Program-made: the position numbers and the translations under genes
Part shown: positions 52,201 to 63,573 of the stretch, one piece after another
Position numbering within the stretch: the stretch's first letter is position 1
Layout of the letters: the number at the start of each line of letters is the position of its first letter
The notes under the pieces: generated by a model
Seen by the model: only the letters and a program-made list of their open reading frames with translations
What the model was told of the DNA's origin: nothing
Database searches by the model: none
Assembly (NCBI GenBank): GCA_965202585.1
Contig: OZ241830.1
Span: forward strand, 52,018,001-52,082,000
Source of the DNA: Thalia democratica
Taxonomy: Eukaryota
Length of the DNA: 64,000 nt
Direction of reading: 5' to 3'

Positions 52201-53794
52201 TTTCTGGTGAGGTTCCAGTTTGTAGCTATTCTCTGGCTTGTGTAATTTAAGTTAAAGGCCTTCGTTTTTTTTTTCCTGGCGAGCAGCGTTGCATATCCCT
52301 CTAACAGCTATGTCAAATTCCCTGCTGTCCGAAAGGAGCTTTTTTCTAATTCTCCCCCTTAAATTAGGAGGTCCTAAGTGGATTGTGACAAACTTTTTTA
52401 CGATGGCCATATCTATAAGCTCTGCCATATACTACTTCAACGTCTAACTCGCGGCTAGGAATCGAATTTTTCTCAGCTCTGTGTAACAATACGTGGCTCA
52501 AGCGTCCCTCTCCACCTATCATGAATTCTTTAAGGGTTTGATAACTCTGGTTAGCTTGATCAAACTTACCTCTTTAATTTTGCTTATTAACTCATGTCAC
52601 CAGTTTCTCAAGCAACTTGTAATGATCCCGGTCCGTCTGAACGTTACGCTAAAAGCATAACTCTTCGAATGATTCTAACTTGAGTGTAATGAGTTTCTCC
52701 TCGCGTTATAAATCCCCCAATCGATGTACTTAAGAAAGGGCTAGATAAAACTTATTTCTTTAACTTCGCTTATCATCCTATGCTACGAGTTTCTCAAGCA
52801 ACTTGTAATGATCCTGGTCTATCTGAACGTTACGCTAACTACATAACTCTTCGAATGATTCTTACTTGAGTGTAGTGTAATTGCGGTTTAGTATGCTGGA
52901 TAAATGACTTAAGATCGTGCGGGGTGTCTCACCGCACCCCTCTATTGTAGTGTAGAATGTGCGTTCCTCAGGCTGAAAATGGCGGTTGTAGTCTGGGCGG
53001 CCTAATTATGATCAAGAGTTTTCTTTTACACTCGAATTGTCCTGACCTAATGGGCGCCTCATTTCGTTTGAATGGACGTGGCTCACCGTTTAGTACAATG
53101 GTGAACTTTATGTTCTTAAAAGTCAGATGAGCTTGACTTTTTGTTTGATGTAGAAGTGTGTTCTGTTGGGGACTTTTATTCTGCTCATCCTTTCTCTTGC
53201 TTTCTGGAGTTCCCGGTCCAACCGAGCTAAACTCTGCAGAGATTCAGTTTTTCTGCCTATCTTCTCATTTAATAATTTCAAGCGTCTTCTAACTTCCAAG
53301 TTTTTGTTTCCAAGCCGCTCTTGTTGTTGCCTCGTTCTCTCAATTTCTAATGTCTTATCTCTAGCTAAATTTTGGCTTTCACGTTGCTACTGTTAGTGCC
53401 TCGTTCTCTCTGGTTTCAGTACCTGTTCTTTAACTAAACACTCATCTCTATTATGGTCGCTTATTTCTATCAGCACGCTAGTTGTCTGCTCCTGACTCAA
53501 CCGTGAGTGTTGCTTACAAGTATCACTATATATCTTTTTTACCACAGTATCTACACTATGACCTATCTCGGCGTTAGTCACCATCTCTTCATTTATATTT
53601 GACTCCATTAAGTTACTCTGATCCACACCGACCTTGCGGCTGGGTGCAGGGTCTGGTTCAACATGTCCGCTCGGAGGGCATGCTGGCGCTAGTTGAAGTG
53701 GTACTGCCTGAGAGTCACCTTCAACTCTAGCAGCTTCAGACCGTCGATTAGCACCCTTTTCAACAAATATTTTACAAAAACGTCTTTCATTCAT
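49247..53794 (-). mobile_element. Gypsy A: decayed gag-pro-RT-RNaseH-integrase N-terminus; LTRs not found
   Basis: Broken motifs LICLEHREFGSRA (gag knuckle), FVNSRSEVSV (protease), DLHLKEAYY, GFKNAP..F, IDDILIF, RRFLGMVNYYHRF (RT), LSDTS (RNase H) and AHQNLHLGI (integrase). Confidence 0.85.
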
Positions 53795-53865
53795 TTTATA
53801 AAAAATTTTAAAACTATATTTTTAAATACTTATTTTTCTAATTAAGTTAGAATATATCTTAATTT

Positions 53866-54097
53866 GTGTACTTCATATTTTAAAGAGAATGATCAATTAT
53901 AAATTTTATTAACAATACAATGTTTCACTCGCTTGAAACTGGTCAAACGAGATCTTCAGTTGTTTAAAATCTTATTCAAATAGAAATATTTTAAATAAGA
54001 TTATTTGAATAAGGTTTTAAAAAACTGAAGATCTCGTTTGACTTATTTCAAGCGAGTGAAAAATTGTATTGTTAATAAAATTTAAAATTTATAATTA
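53866..54097. mobile_element. 232-bp palindromic PLE-end insertion carrying hammerhead motifs
   Basis: Arms at 53895-53982 and about 54002-54096, with a 29-nt tail on the left arm only. TSD ATATCTTAATTT at 53854-53865 and 54098-54109. Confidence 0.82.
53911..53964 (-). ncRNA. Minimal type I hammerhead ribozyme
   Basis: AACAA-CTGAAGA-T-CTCGTTTGA-ccagtt-TCAAGCGAG-T-GAAAC-att-GTA-TTGTT. It has a canonical core, 5-bp stem I, 9-bp stem II, minimal stem III and GUA cleavage triplet. The plus-strand mirror at 54019-54073 is damaged (GAAAA). Confidence 0.8.
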
Positions 54098-54111
54098 ATA
54101 TCTTAATTTTA

Positions 54112-55021
54112 TATCACAGATGTTCTTGTGCTAAAACTTTATTCCGACTAACGGCGTTTCACTGCTCTCAAATAAATTTAAGAACAGATCTACGGAGTCT
54201 ATAAAATGTTAACACACATTAGAAAAAAAGCAGAAAAAAGCATGTATAATTATGTATAGTGTTTATCTAGGTAGTAACTATAAATGGACTTTATGGTTTA
54301 AAAACAAAGTTTGGGATAAAAGCGTAAAATTATAAAATTGTCTACAAAAAAAACAAATTTAATAAAAGTAGGCACCAACCTTAAAAAGCTCTAAGAATAG
54401 GCAAATTTTAAAAATGAAAATTAAATTGAGTTGTGCAGAAATGTTACGTCATAATAATTTTAACAAATTATTCAATAATTTATACAGCTTGAAAACATGA
54501 AGTATTAAACTTGCAAGAATATATAAGTTTTGTAAAATAAATTAGTACATAAATAGACAGAGTTATACTTCATGTTTTCAAGCTGTATAAATTATTGAAT
54601 AATTTGTTAAAATTATTATGACGTAACATTTCTGCACAACTCAATTTAATTTTCATTTTTAAAATTTACCTATTCTTAGAGCTTTTTAAGGTTGGTGCCT
54701 ACTTTTATTAAATTTGTTTTTTTTGTAGACAATTTTATAATTTTACGCTTTTATACCAAACTTTGTTTTTAAACCATAAAGTCCATTTATAGTTACTACC
54801 TAGATAAACACTATACATAATTATACATGCTTTTTTCTGCTTTTTTTCTAATGTGTGTTAACATTTTATAGACTCCGTAGATCTGTTCTTAAATTTATTT
54901 GAGAGCAGTGAAACGCCGTTAGTCGGAATAAAGTTTTAGCACAAGAACATCTGTGATATACATTCCGATAAGCTTAGCTTATCAGGATCTCCAGGATTTA
55001 ACGCCTTATAACGTTACATCT
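54112..55021. mobile_element. 910-bp head-to-head palindromic insertion of PLE 3' UTR
   Basis: Arms at 54112-54505 and 54565-54958, with a tail of about 63 nt on the right arm only. TSD TATCTTAATTTTA at 54099-54111 and 55022-55034. Same family as 56341-62206. Confidence 0.9.
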
Positions 55022-55279
55022 TATCTTAATTTTACAAATATATATGAATGTATCTTAATTCCTGATTACCTTAAATTCACAAGTAATTGTAAATATACCT
55101 TATTATGAGAATATCTGATAATATAAATCAACTTAGTTTAACGATCACTCCGTATTTTTTATTTTTAATGATACTTTAAAAGTATTAGAACTAATTTTTG
55201 CATTTACTTGCTTGTTAATTTTATATTTATTAAGTAATTGACCATCATTTAAATAAAAATTTTTAATTTTAAATTATTT

Positions 55280-55390
55280 CGTGGTAAAATGTCACTAAGT
55301 GCTAAAGTGACACTGTGATAAAATGACACTCCATGCTAAGTGTCACTCCGTACCAAAGTGATGCCGTGCTAAAGTGACGACCCGTGCTAA
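55280..55390. repeat. Degenerate 16-18-bp tandem repeats (GTGCTAAAGTGACAC-like), probably a DNA-transposon subterminal remnant
   Basis: About six imperfect units are visible. No matching opposite end was found. Confidence 0.5.
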
Positions 55391-56340
55391 CAAAAACAGC
55401 TAAATTAACAGCTGTAGTACTTTATTAAAACTTAAACTTTCTTAATTCAAAAAACATTTACATAATCATTATTTTATGGTAAAATTGTCATTATTTTACC
55501 GGCAAAGTTTTAATCTAAACTTTGGTAAACTTATTACAAGCGGTATAACACAAAGCTAAATAAAAAGTTATTTCATTTAAATTAATCCTAAAATAGACAG
55601 ATACAGAAATAACAATACCAACAAAGTTAAAATACAGCTTATACATATAAAAATTAAGCCTAATATTAGTTATCAAGTTTAGTTGTTTTTAGCTAATTTT
55701 TATTAGTTCAATGGTTTTAACTAAGCTACTAACATTAAAATTGAACTAATCTGTCTGTATTAAGGTTTGTATTTTTTATTAAACGTACTAATGTGAAATT
55801 TCTTTTATATTTGACATTGGGATATATGTACTTTTTCAAAACTTTGTACAATTTTCAGGTTATTCTACATCACAGTTGCTCCTTGGCCTTAAAATACTAA
55901 CTAGTTGTGATTTTTTTGAAGCAGAACCATTAACAAAAAGAATTCTATATAATTTGCAGTAAAACTTACCACTTCTATTTTTTAATTTTATTAATAAAAC
56001 AATGTTTTACTTTTTTAACAATATTTTTAAATAAGATTTTTAGTTGATTAATAAAATCTGTAAAATTTAAGGTAAACAAGAAAGAAAAATTTGGGCTAGA
56101 CTCAAAATAAAACTGGCTATTAGGTGTGAAAACAAACAAAGTACGACTAATAATTTGATATAAATTTTAAAACTAGTAGGCGATTTGTTAAAATTGATTC
56201 ATTTTAAGGTTAAAAAAAATAAACTTCTTAAGCTGAATACGACAAAGTTGAACTATTATTAAACAAACATATTTATAATTAGTTGGCTTGTAAACAATCA
56301 AACTCTTGCAAATAGTAAACTAAACTATAATACAGTACAT

Positions 56341-59300
56341 AAGATGTAACGTTAAAAGGCGTTAAATCCTAGAGATCCTGATAAGCTAAGCTTATCGGAA
56401 TATATACCACAGATGTTTTTGTGTTAAAACTTTATTCCGACTAACGGCGTTTCACTGCTCTCAAATAAATTTAAGAATAGATCTACGGTGTCTATAAAGT
56501 ATTAACACACATTAGAAAAAAAGCATGTATAATTATGTATAGTGTTTATGTGGAATAAAAACATAAAATTATAAAATTGTATACAAAAAACACAAATTTA
56601 ATAAAAGCAAACACTAACCTCAAAAAGCTCTAAGAATAGGCAAGTTTTTATAATGAAAATTAAATTGAGTTGTACAGAAATGTTACGTCATAATAAATTT
56701 AACAAATTGATCAATAATTTATGCAGCTTAAAAACGTGAAGTATTTAATTTGCAAGTGTTTGTGATTGTTAATGTGGATGTTGTGAAATAAATAAGTACA
56801 TAAGTAGACAGAGTTATTTAAGGAGAATCGTCGGTTGTGGGGACAAATATTCGATAAACCTTGCCGCTTATTCAGAAGTAGGTCTTTATCTTCTGCTGCA
56901 ATTACTGCTCTTTCTGTATTGCAAGTTGGGCAAATTCTACTTACTCCGTTGGATGCATGTTTGATCTTTGAAACAATACTCCACTCCATATTTGGCCTTT
57001 TACCGTAAATGTGAAATTAGCTCCAGACATAATCCGATAAACGCGTGCTTTGTTTTTTATTTATATTTTAAAAAGTATGTTTATGGTTGGCATATCTATC
57101 ATTGAAACTGCCTGCTGTACTTCCGATATAAGTTTTATCTGGGCCCTTACTTTCAACTTTAACTTTATAAATTACATTTAATTAAACAATTACGTTTTAA
57201 TGGGCAGTTATCTTTATTTATTTTACGGCAATTACATTTTTTAGGCATATTACTTAACTTATAAATATTAGGCTTAGTTGGTTTTGAATATTTATTTATA
57301 GTTTTATTATTATGCATTTTACTTATACTTTTAGCGCTATTATTACTTACTTGTTCTAAGATTTCTTTTATCATTTTAGAAATTCTAGTTATACGTTGAT
57401 TATTATAATCTACACTATTGTTAGTACTATTGATATGAATATTTTCATTTTCATTAATATTTAAATTATTGTTACAGCTTATACCTTTAATATTTAAAGT
57501 TTTAATATGTTTTACATTATTGTTACCATAATTAAAATTACCACTATTAGGATTATCATCATTACTACTGTTATTATCACTACTATTAAAACTATTATTT
57601 TTATTATTACTGTTATTATTAATATGATTAGTTTAATTAGAAATATTATGTATATCTACGTTATTACTAACTTTATTACTAGACTTATTATTTGTATTAG
57701 CTTTGATATGTCTATTTTTAAAGTTTAAAATTACTGTTTTGTTGTGCAATTGTATTAAAGTTTTAACATTACTCATGCAACTAAAAGAAATTTTAACTGT
57801 CTTTCTATAAAGAATTTTATTATAAAAGTTGCTATCGGGGAAGTGTTTATCGACTAGCTTTAAAAACTCTTTACCTAAGTTTATATTAACTGAAGAGCAA
57901 TATGGAGGACTATACCACATTATATGTCGGTTACGCGGTTTTTTTCGTTTTTTATCTACATCTAATTTTTCATACTTTAATTTACATTTAAAACTTCGAT
58001 TTTTTAATTCAGTTTCGTACGGTGCGTTTATTGTGTTAAATATTCTTTCATTCGAAGAGAAGGTACTTAAACGTTTTTGTGTCATTACCGGGAGGCATTT
58101 TTTACATGATAAGGGTGGTCAGAATTAGTATTAATAAAGTTTAATAAAGAATTGGGTTTACGGTACGGACGGTAAGTATTATTAGATAAATCTAAAGTTA
58201 CATCTAAAAAATTCGTTTTTTGCGCTTCTATTTCTAAAGTTATTTTTAAACCGATATCAGACATCAATCTAAACGTTGACTTTTTAATCTTTTCGTAAAC
58301 AAGAGGTTTTGAATGATCAATGACACCGAGTCCATCATCTCTATACAATCCACAATTATCAAAAATACTTTTGAGTTTATCTAGAATGTATAACCCTACA
58401 AGATCGCATACCTCCGCTCCATGAAAACTACCCATTGGTATATCAAAAAACTATCGGTATCATTTTTCTTCCATACATCATCACCCGAAAAAAGTAAAGA
58501 GTCACACGAATGGAATATAATGTCTGTATCTGATTTATTGAAATCAGAAAATTGGGATGCATAATCTAGTGCGTTAATAAGTGCGCTTTTGTAATAGACG
58601 GATAAAATTGGACAATATCAAAGCTAATAAAACGCTTACTACTTTTATTGTTAATGTTGTTAAACTATTGTAATAGTTCACCAGTATTTTTCCATTGGAT
58701 TAGACTAGTGGCTGTTCTTACGTCTTTAATTATACTAGTTAACATTTGTTTAGATATTTTACCAATATGCGTTTTACTTTTACTTGCTTGCTATCTTTAT
58801 AACCTAGGTATACGTTTACCAGTAATATTATTTTCATTTAAAAGTTCTTGTGCACGGGAGTCTATCGTATCAGCCGGATTGTTGGTACATTTTTTATAGT
58901 TTTTTGTGATATTGTCTAAAAGTAACTTTTCATAAATTTTTGTACTGATTTTATATAAATTATTAGTTTTGTCTGCAAAAATAACAAGTTTGTTGACTTA
59001 TTTATAGAATTAATCCTGTTACGTAAATTATATAGAAAGTTATTAGTTTTACCGGGTTTAAGTTCAATTTTATTAATTAAATCAATCAATTCAGATTCAA
59101 ATGGTATTAATTTTACACAGATTGGTGCCGACTTTTTAGTCGGTAAAGGCAAAGATTTACTTATTGTACTTGATTTACTTGTGTTCAAATGAGCATCAGA
59201 ATTATCGGCAACATAGTTTGTTTTTTACACAACTTTTGTTTCGTAATAAAATGCACGCCATCTCATCTTTTGGATGAGGTCGTTAGATTGTTTCATTACG

Positions 59301-62206
59301 CTTTATTACGATGGGGGCGTTTGTGTAATGAAACAATCTAACGCCCTCATCCAAAAGATGAGATGGCGTGCATTTTATTACGAACAAAAGTTGTGTAAAA
59401 AAACAAACTATGTTGCCGATAATTCTGATGCTCATTTGAACACAAGTAAATTAAGTACAATAAGTAAATCTTTGCCTTTCCCGACTAAAAAGTCGGCACC
59501 AATCTGTGTAAAATTAATACCATTTAATCAATAAAATTAAACTTAACCCGGTAAAACTAATAACTTTCAATATAATTTACGTAACAGGATTAATTCTAAA
59601 AAAAAGTTTAATAAACTCGTTATTTTTGCAGACAAAACTAATAATTTATATAAAATCAGTCCAAAAAATTATGAAAAGTTACTTTTAGACAATATCACAA
59701 AAAACTATAAAAAATGTACCAACAATCCGGCTGATACGATAGACTCCCGTGCACAAGAACTTTTAAATGAAAATAATATTACTGGTAAACGTATACCTAA
59801 ATTAGAAAGATCGCAAGCGTATATAACAGTAAAGGATCATAAAGATAATTTTCCTGCAACAGTCAAGTGCAGACTAATAAGTAAAAGTAAAACGCATATT
59901 GGTAAAATATCTAAACAAATGTTAACTAGTATAATTAAAGACGTAAGAACAGCCACTAGTCTAATCCAATGGAAAAATACTGGTGAACTATTACAATAAT
60001 TTAACAATATTAACAATAAAAGTAGTAAGCGTTTTATTAGCTTTGATATTGTCCAATTTTTTCCGTCTATTACAAAAGCGCACTTATTAACGCACTAGAT
60101 TATGCATCCCAATTTTCTGATTTCAATAAATCAGATACAGACATTAAAAATGATACCGATAGTTTTTTGATATACCAATGGGTAGTTTTCATGGAGCGGA
60201 GGTATGCGATCTTGTAGGGTTATACATTCTAGATAAACTCAAAAGTATTTTTGATAATTGTGGATTGTATAGAGATGATGGACTCGGTGTCATTGATCAT
60301 TCAAAACCTCTTGTTTACGAAAAGATTAAAAAGTCAACGTTTAGATTGATGTCTGATATCGGTTTAAAAATAACTTTAGAAATAGAAGCGCAAAAAACGA
60401 ATTTTTTAGATGTAACTTTAGATTTATCTAATAATACTTACCGTCCGTACCGTAAACCCAATTCTTTATTAAACTTTATTAATACTAATTCTGACCACCC
60501 TTATCATGTAAAAAATGCCTCCCGGTAATGACACAAAAACGTTTAAGTACCTTCTCTTCGAATGAAAGGATATTTAACACAATAAAAGCACCGTACGAAA
60601 CTGAATTAAAAAATCGAAGTTTTAAATGTAAATTAAAGTATGAAAAATTAGATGTAGATAAAAAACGAAAAAAAACCGCGTAACCGACATATAATGTGGT
60701 ATAGTCCTCCATATTGCTCTTCAGTTAATATAAACTTAGGTAAAGAGTTTTTAAAGCTAGTCGATAAACACTTCCCCGATAGCAACTTTTATAATAAAAT
60801 TTTTTATAGAAAGACAGTTAAAATTTCTTAGTTGCATGAGTAATGTTAAAACTTTAATACAATTGCACAACAAAACAGTAATTTTAAACTTTAAAAATAG
60901 ACATATCAAAGCTAATACAAATAATAAGTCTAGTAATAAAGTTAGTAATAACGTAGATATACATAATATTTCTAATTAAACTAATCATATTAATAATAAC
61001 AGTAATAATAAAAATAATAGTTTTAATAGTAGTGATAATAACAGTAGTAATGATGATAATCCTAATAGTTGTAATTTTGATTATGGTAACAATAATGTAA
61101 AACATATTAAAACTTTAAATATTAAAGGTATAAGCTGTAACAATAATTTAAATATTAATGAAAATGAAAATATTCATATCAATAGTACTAACAATAGTGT
61201 AGATTATAATAATCAACGTATAACTAGAATTTCTAAAATGATAAAAGAAATCTTAGAACAAGTAAGTGATAATAGCGCTAAAAGTATAAGTAAAATGCAT
61301 AATAATAAAACTATAAATAAATATTCAAAACCAACTAAGCCTAATATTTATAAGTTAAGTAATATGCCTAAAAAATGTAATTGCCGTAAAATAAATAAAG
61401 ATAACTGCCCATTAAAACGTAATTGTTTAATTAAATGTAATTTATAAAGTTAAAGTTGAAAGTAAGGGCCCAGATAAAATTTATATCGGAAGTACAGCAG
61501 GCAGTTTCAATGATAGATATGCCAACCATAAACATACTTTTTAAAATATAAATAAAAAACAAAGCACGCGTTTATCGGATTATGTCTGGAGCTAATTTCA
61601 CATTTACGGTAAAAGGCCAAATATGGAGTGGAGTATTGTTTCAAAGATCAAACATGCATCCAACGGAGTAAGTAGAATTTGCCTAACTTGCAATACAGAA
61701 AGAGCAGTAATTGCAGCAGAAGATAAAGACCTACTTCTGAATAAGCGGCAAGATTTATCGAAGATTTGTCCCCACAACCGACGATTCTACTTTAAATAAT
61801 TTTGTCTACTTTTGTACTTATTTATTTCACAACATCCACATTTACAATCACAAACACTTGCAAATTAAATACTTCACGTTTTTAAGCTGCATAAATTATT
61901 GATCAATTTGTTAAATTTATTATGACGTAACATTTCTGTACAACTCAATTTAATTTTCATTATAAAAACTTGCCTATTCTTAGAGCTTTTTGAGGTTAGT
62001 GTTTGCTTTTATTAAATTTGTGTTTTTTGTATACAATTTTATAATTTTATGTTTTTATTCCACATAAACACTATACATAATTATACATGCTTTTTTTCTA
62101 ATGTGTGTTAATACTTTATAGACACCGTAGATCTATTCTTAAATTTATTTGAGAGTAGTGAAACGCCGACAGTCGGAATAAAGTTTTAACACAAAAACAT
62201 CTGTGG
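56341..62206. mobile_element. 5.9-kb head-to-head palindromic PLE insertion (RT of the MGSFHGAEVC type, decayed)
   Basis: Arms at 56403-59299 and 59325-62210, a 25-bp centre, and a 62-nt tail on the left arm only. TSD (TATA)ATACAGTACAT at 56326-56340 and 62207-62221. RT motifs FDIVQF.PSI, MGSFHGAEVCDLVGLYIL and LYRDDG, plus GIY-YIG remnants (YIGST, CNTER). Confidence 0.92.
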
Positions 62207-62610
62207 TATAATACAGTACATCTTTTTTTAAATCAAATGCTATATTGTGACGTAATTACAAGCTTCCACTAATAAATCTAATGGATTTTTTATTGTCAAA
62301 ATTATTTAGATTCAGAGATAGATATAATTCACTATGTACTCTTTTTTTCACATTACCAACAATTTTTTTTTCTTATTTAAAAAAAACTATTCTTTTTTTC
62401 TTTTAATTTGAAATTTGTCAAGACTTACACGTGACTATTATTAACTAAACAAATACTAATTAAAACGAAAATATAAACAAAATATAATGCAAGAACTGCT
62501 GTTTAGGGTACACCTCAGTTTTAATCTTTAAAAAATTAAACAGCTTAAACAAAAAAAAAAAAGACATTTAAACTACAATATTGTTTAAATTTGCTTTTAG
62601 AAAAACTTAC

Positions 62611-62783
62611 AATAAGTTTCTTAAGGCTTTTTGTTTCTAACTTTGACAGTATAATACTTGGAGTGTAAAATGTTTTAATAAAGTTTCCGCGAACTTGACA
62701 GTTTATTGTAAAATTTTTATTGGTTTCAATTTTGTATTCAGACTTTTCACACATTATAAACGTTTCTTTTTGATGACTTTTTT
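62611..62783 (-). CDS. Exon: start of a second Ig-like domain
   Basis: Acceptor AATTTTCCAG and donor GTAAGT. 173 nt, phase 1 to 0, encoding (E)KSHQKETFIMCEKSEYKIETNKNFTINCQVRGNFIKTFYTPSIILSKLETKSLKKLI. Confidence 0.78.
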
Positions 62784-63260
62784 CTGGAAAATTTTAAAAA
62801 TCTAGTTATGAGTACAAAAAGTAATTTCAATGCAAATTATAAACTAAAAGGAACATTAACAAAACATGAACACTTTTTAAAACTGTTAATTTTTATCTAA
62901 AAGGTGCATACTGCATCTTCCAGCAGATCACTATAAAGATTGATAAAGTGTACTCATAATTTTAAGTTTTAATTTTTGAAAAAAATTAAGTTTAAATAGA
63001 AATTTGTTCAATTTAACTACAATATCAATATTTTTTTTTTGTAATATATGTTTGATGTTAAAAAATAAGCAGAGATCTCTACTCAAAAAGGAGAATCAGT
63101 ACATTATTCTATTTGAATAAGAAGTTAGTTTAAGTACTGATGACCTCATTGGGCAAAAGTTTGTTCACTTAAAAGCTATTAGAAATAATATATTGTAAAT
63201 TTATTGTATTTCAAACTACATTATGTAACAAAAGTGTGTTAAATAATAAAGTTCAGCTAC

Positions 63261-63366
63261 CGTAAACACAAACTCCAAATGAATGAATTGTCCAGCTGGA
63301 TAAGTTATAATAAGCTTTGTAGACATATATGCCAACTTCATCATATGTTATTTTTGGTATGATAAG
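63261..63366 (-). CDS. Exon: E-F-G strands of an Ig-like domain
   Basis: Acceptor TTTTTTTCATTTAG and donor G|GTAGCT. 106 nt, phase 0 to 1, encoding LIIPKITYDEVGIYVYKAYYNLSSWTIHSFGVCVY, which fits the LxIxxVxxxDxGxYxC pattern with Cys replaced by Tyr. Confidence 0.8.
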
Positions 63367-63469
63367 CTAAATGAAAAAAAGTTTAAACACTTTTTAAGTT
63401 TTTTTTAAATTCCATAGAAAGATATAAAAAATAAAGGTTTAAATTTAGTGTCAACTTAAATAATTTTAC

Positions 63470-63573
63470 CTTAAAAGGGTACTTTTTTTTACAGTTGTGA
63501 ATCAATCTTGACTTTATATTGAAGTATATAAAGCTGCACTCTCTTAAAATTGATGCACTGTCACCTATAGGGT
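63470..63573 (-). CDS. Exon: first half of an Ig-like domain
   Basis: Acceptor ATTTAAACAG and donor AAG|GTAAAA. 104 nt, phase 1 to 0, encoding PIGDSASILRECSFIYFNIKSRLIHNCKKKYPFK. Upstream exons were not resolved. Confidence 0.7.

Noticed and set aside
57507-57728. Hydrophobic Ile/Thr-rich ORF (mirror at 60884-61105) as a membrane protein
   Set aside because: It is the antisense reading of the Asn-rich low-complexity PLE linker.
40151-62210. Large inverted repeats as assembly or fold-back read artefacts
   Set aside because: Each has a TSD and a one-sided tail. The arms differ by SNPs and, in the two large ones, by private indels, and one empty site is corroborated by a homologous element in this window.
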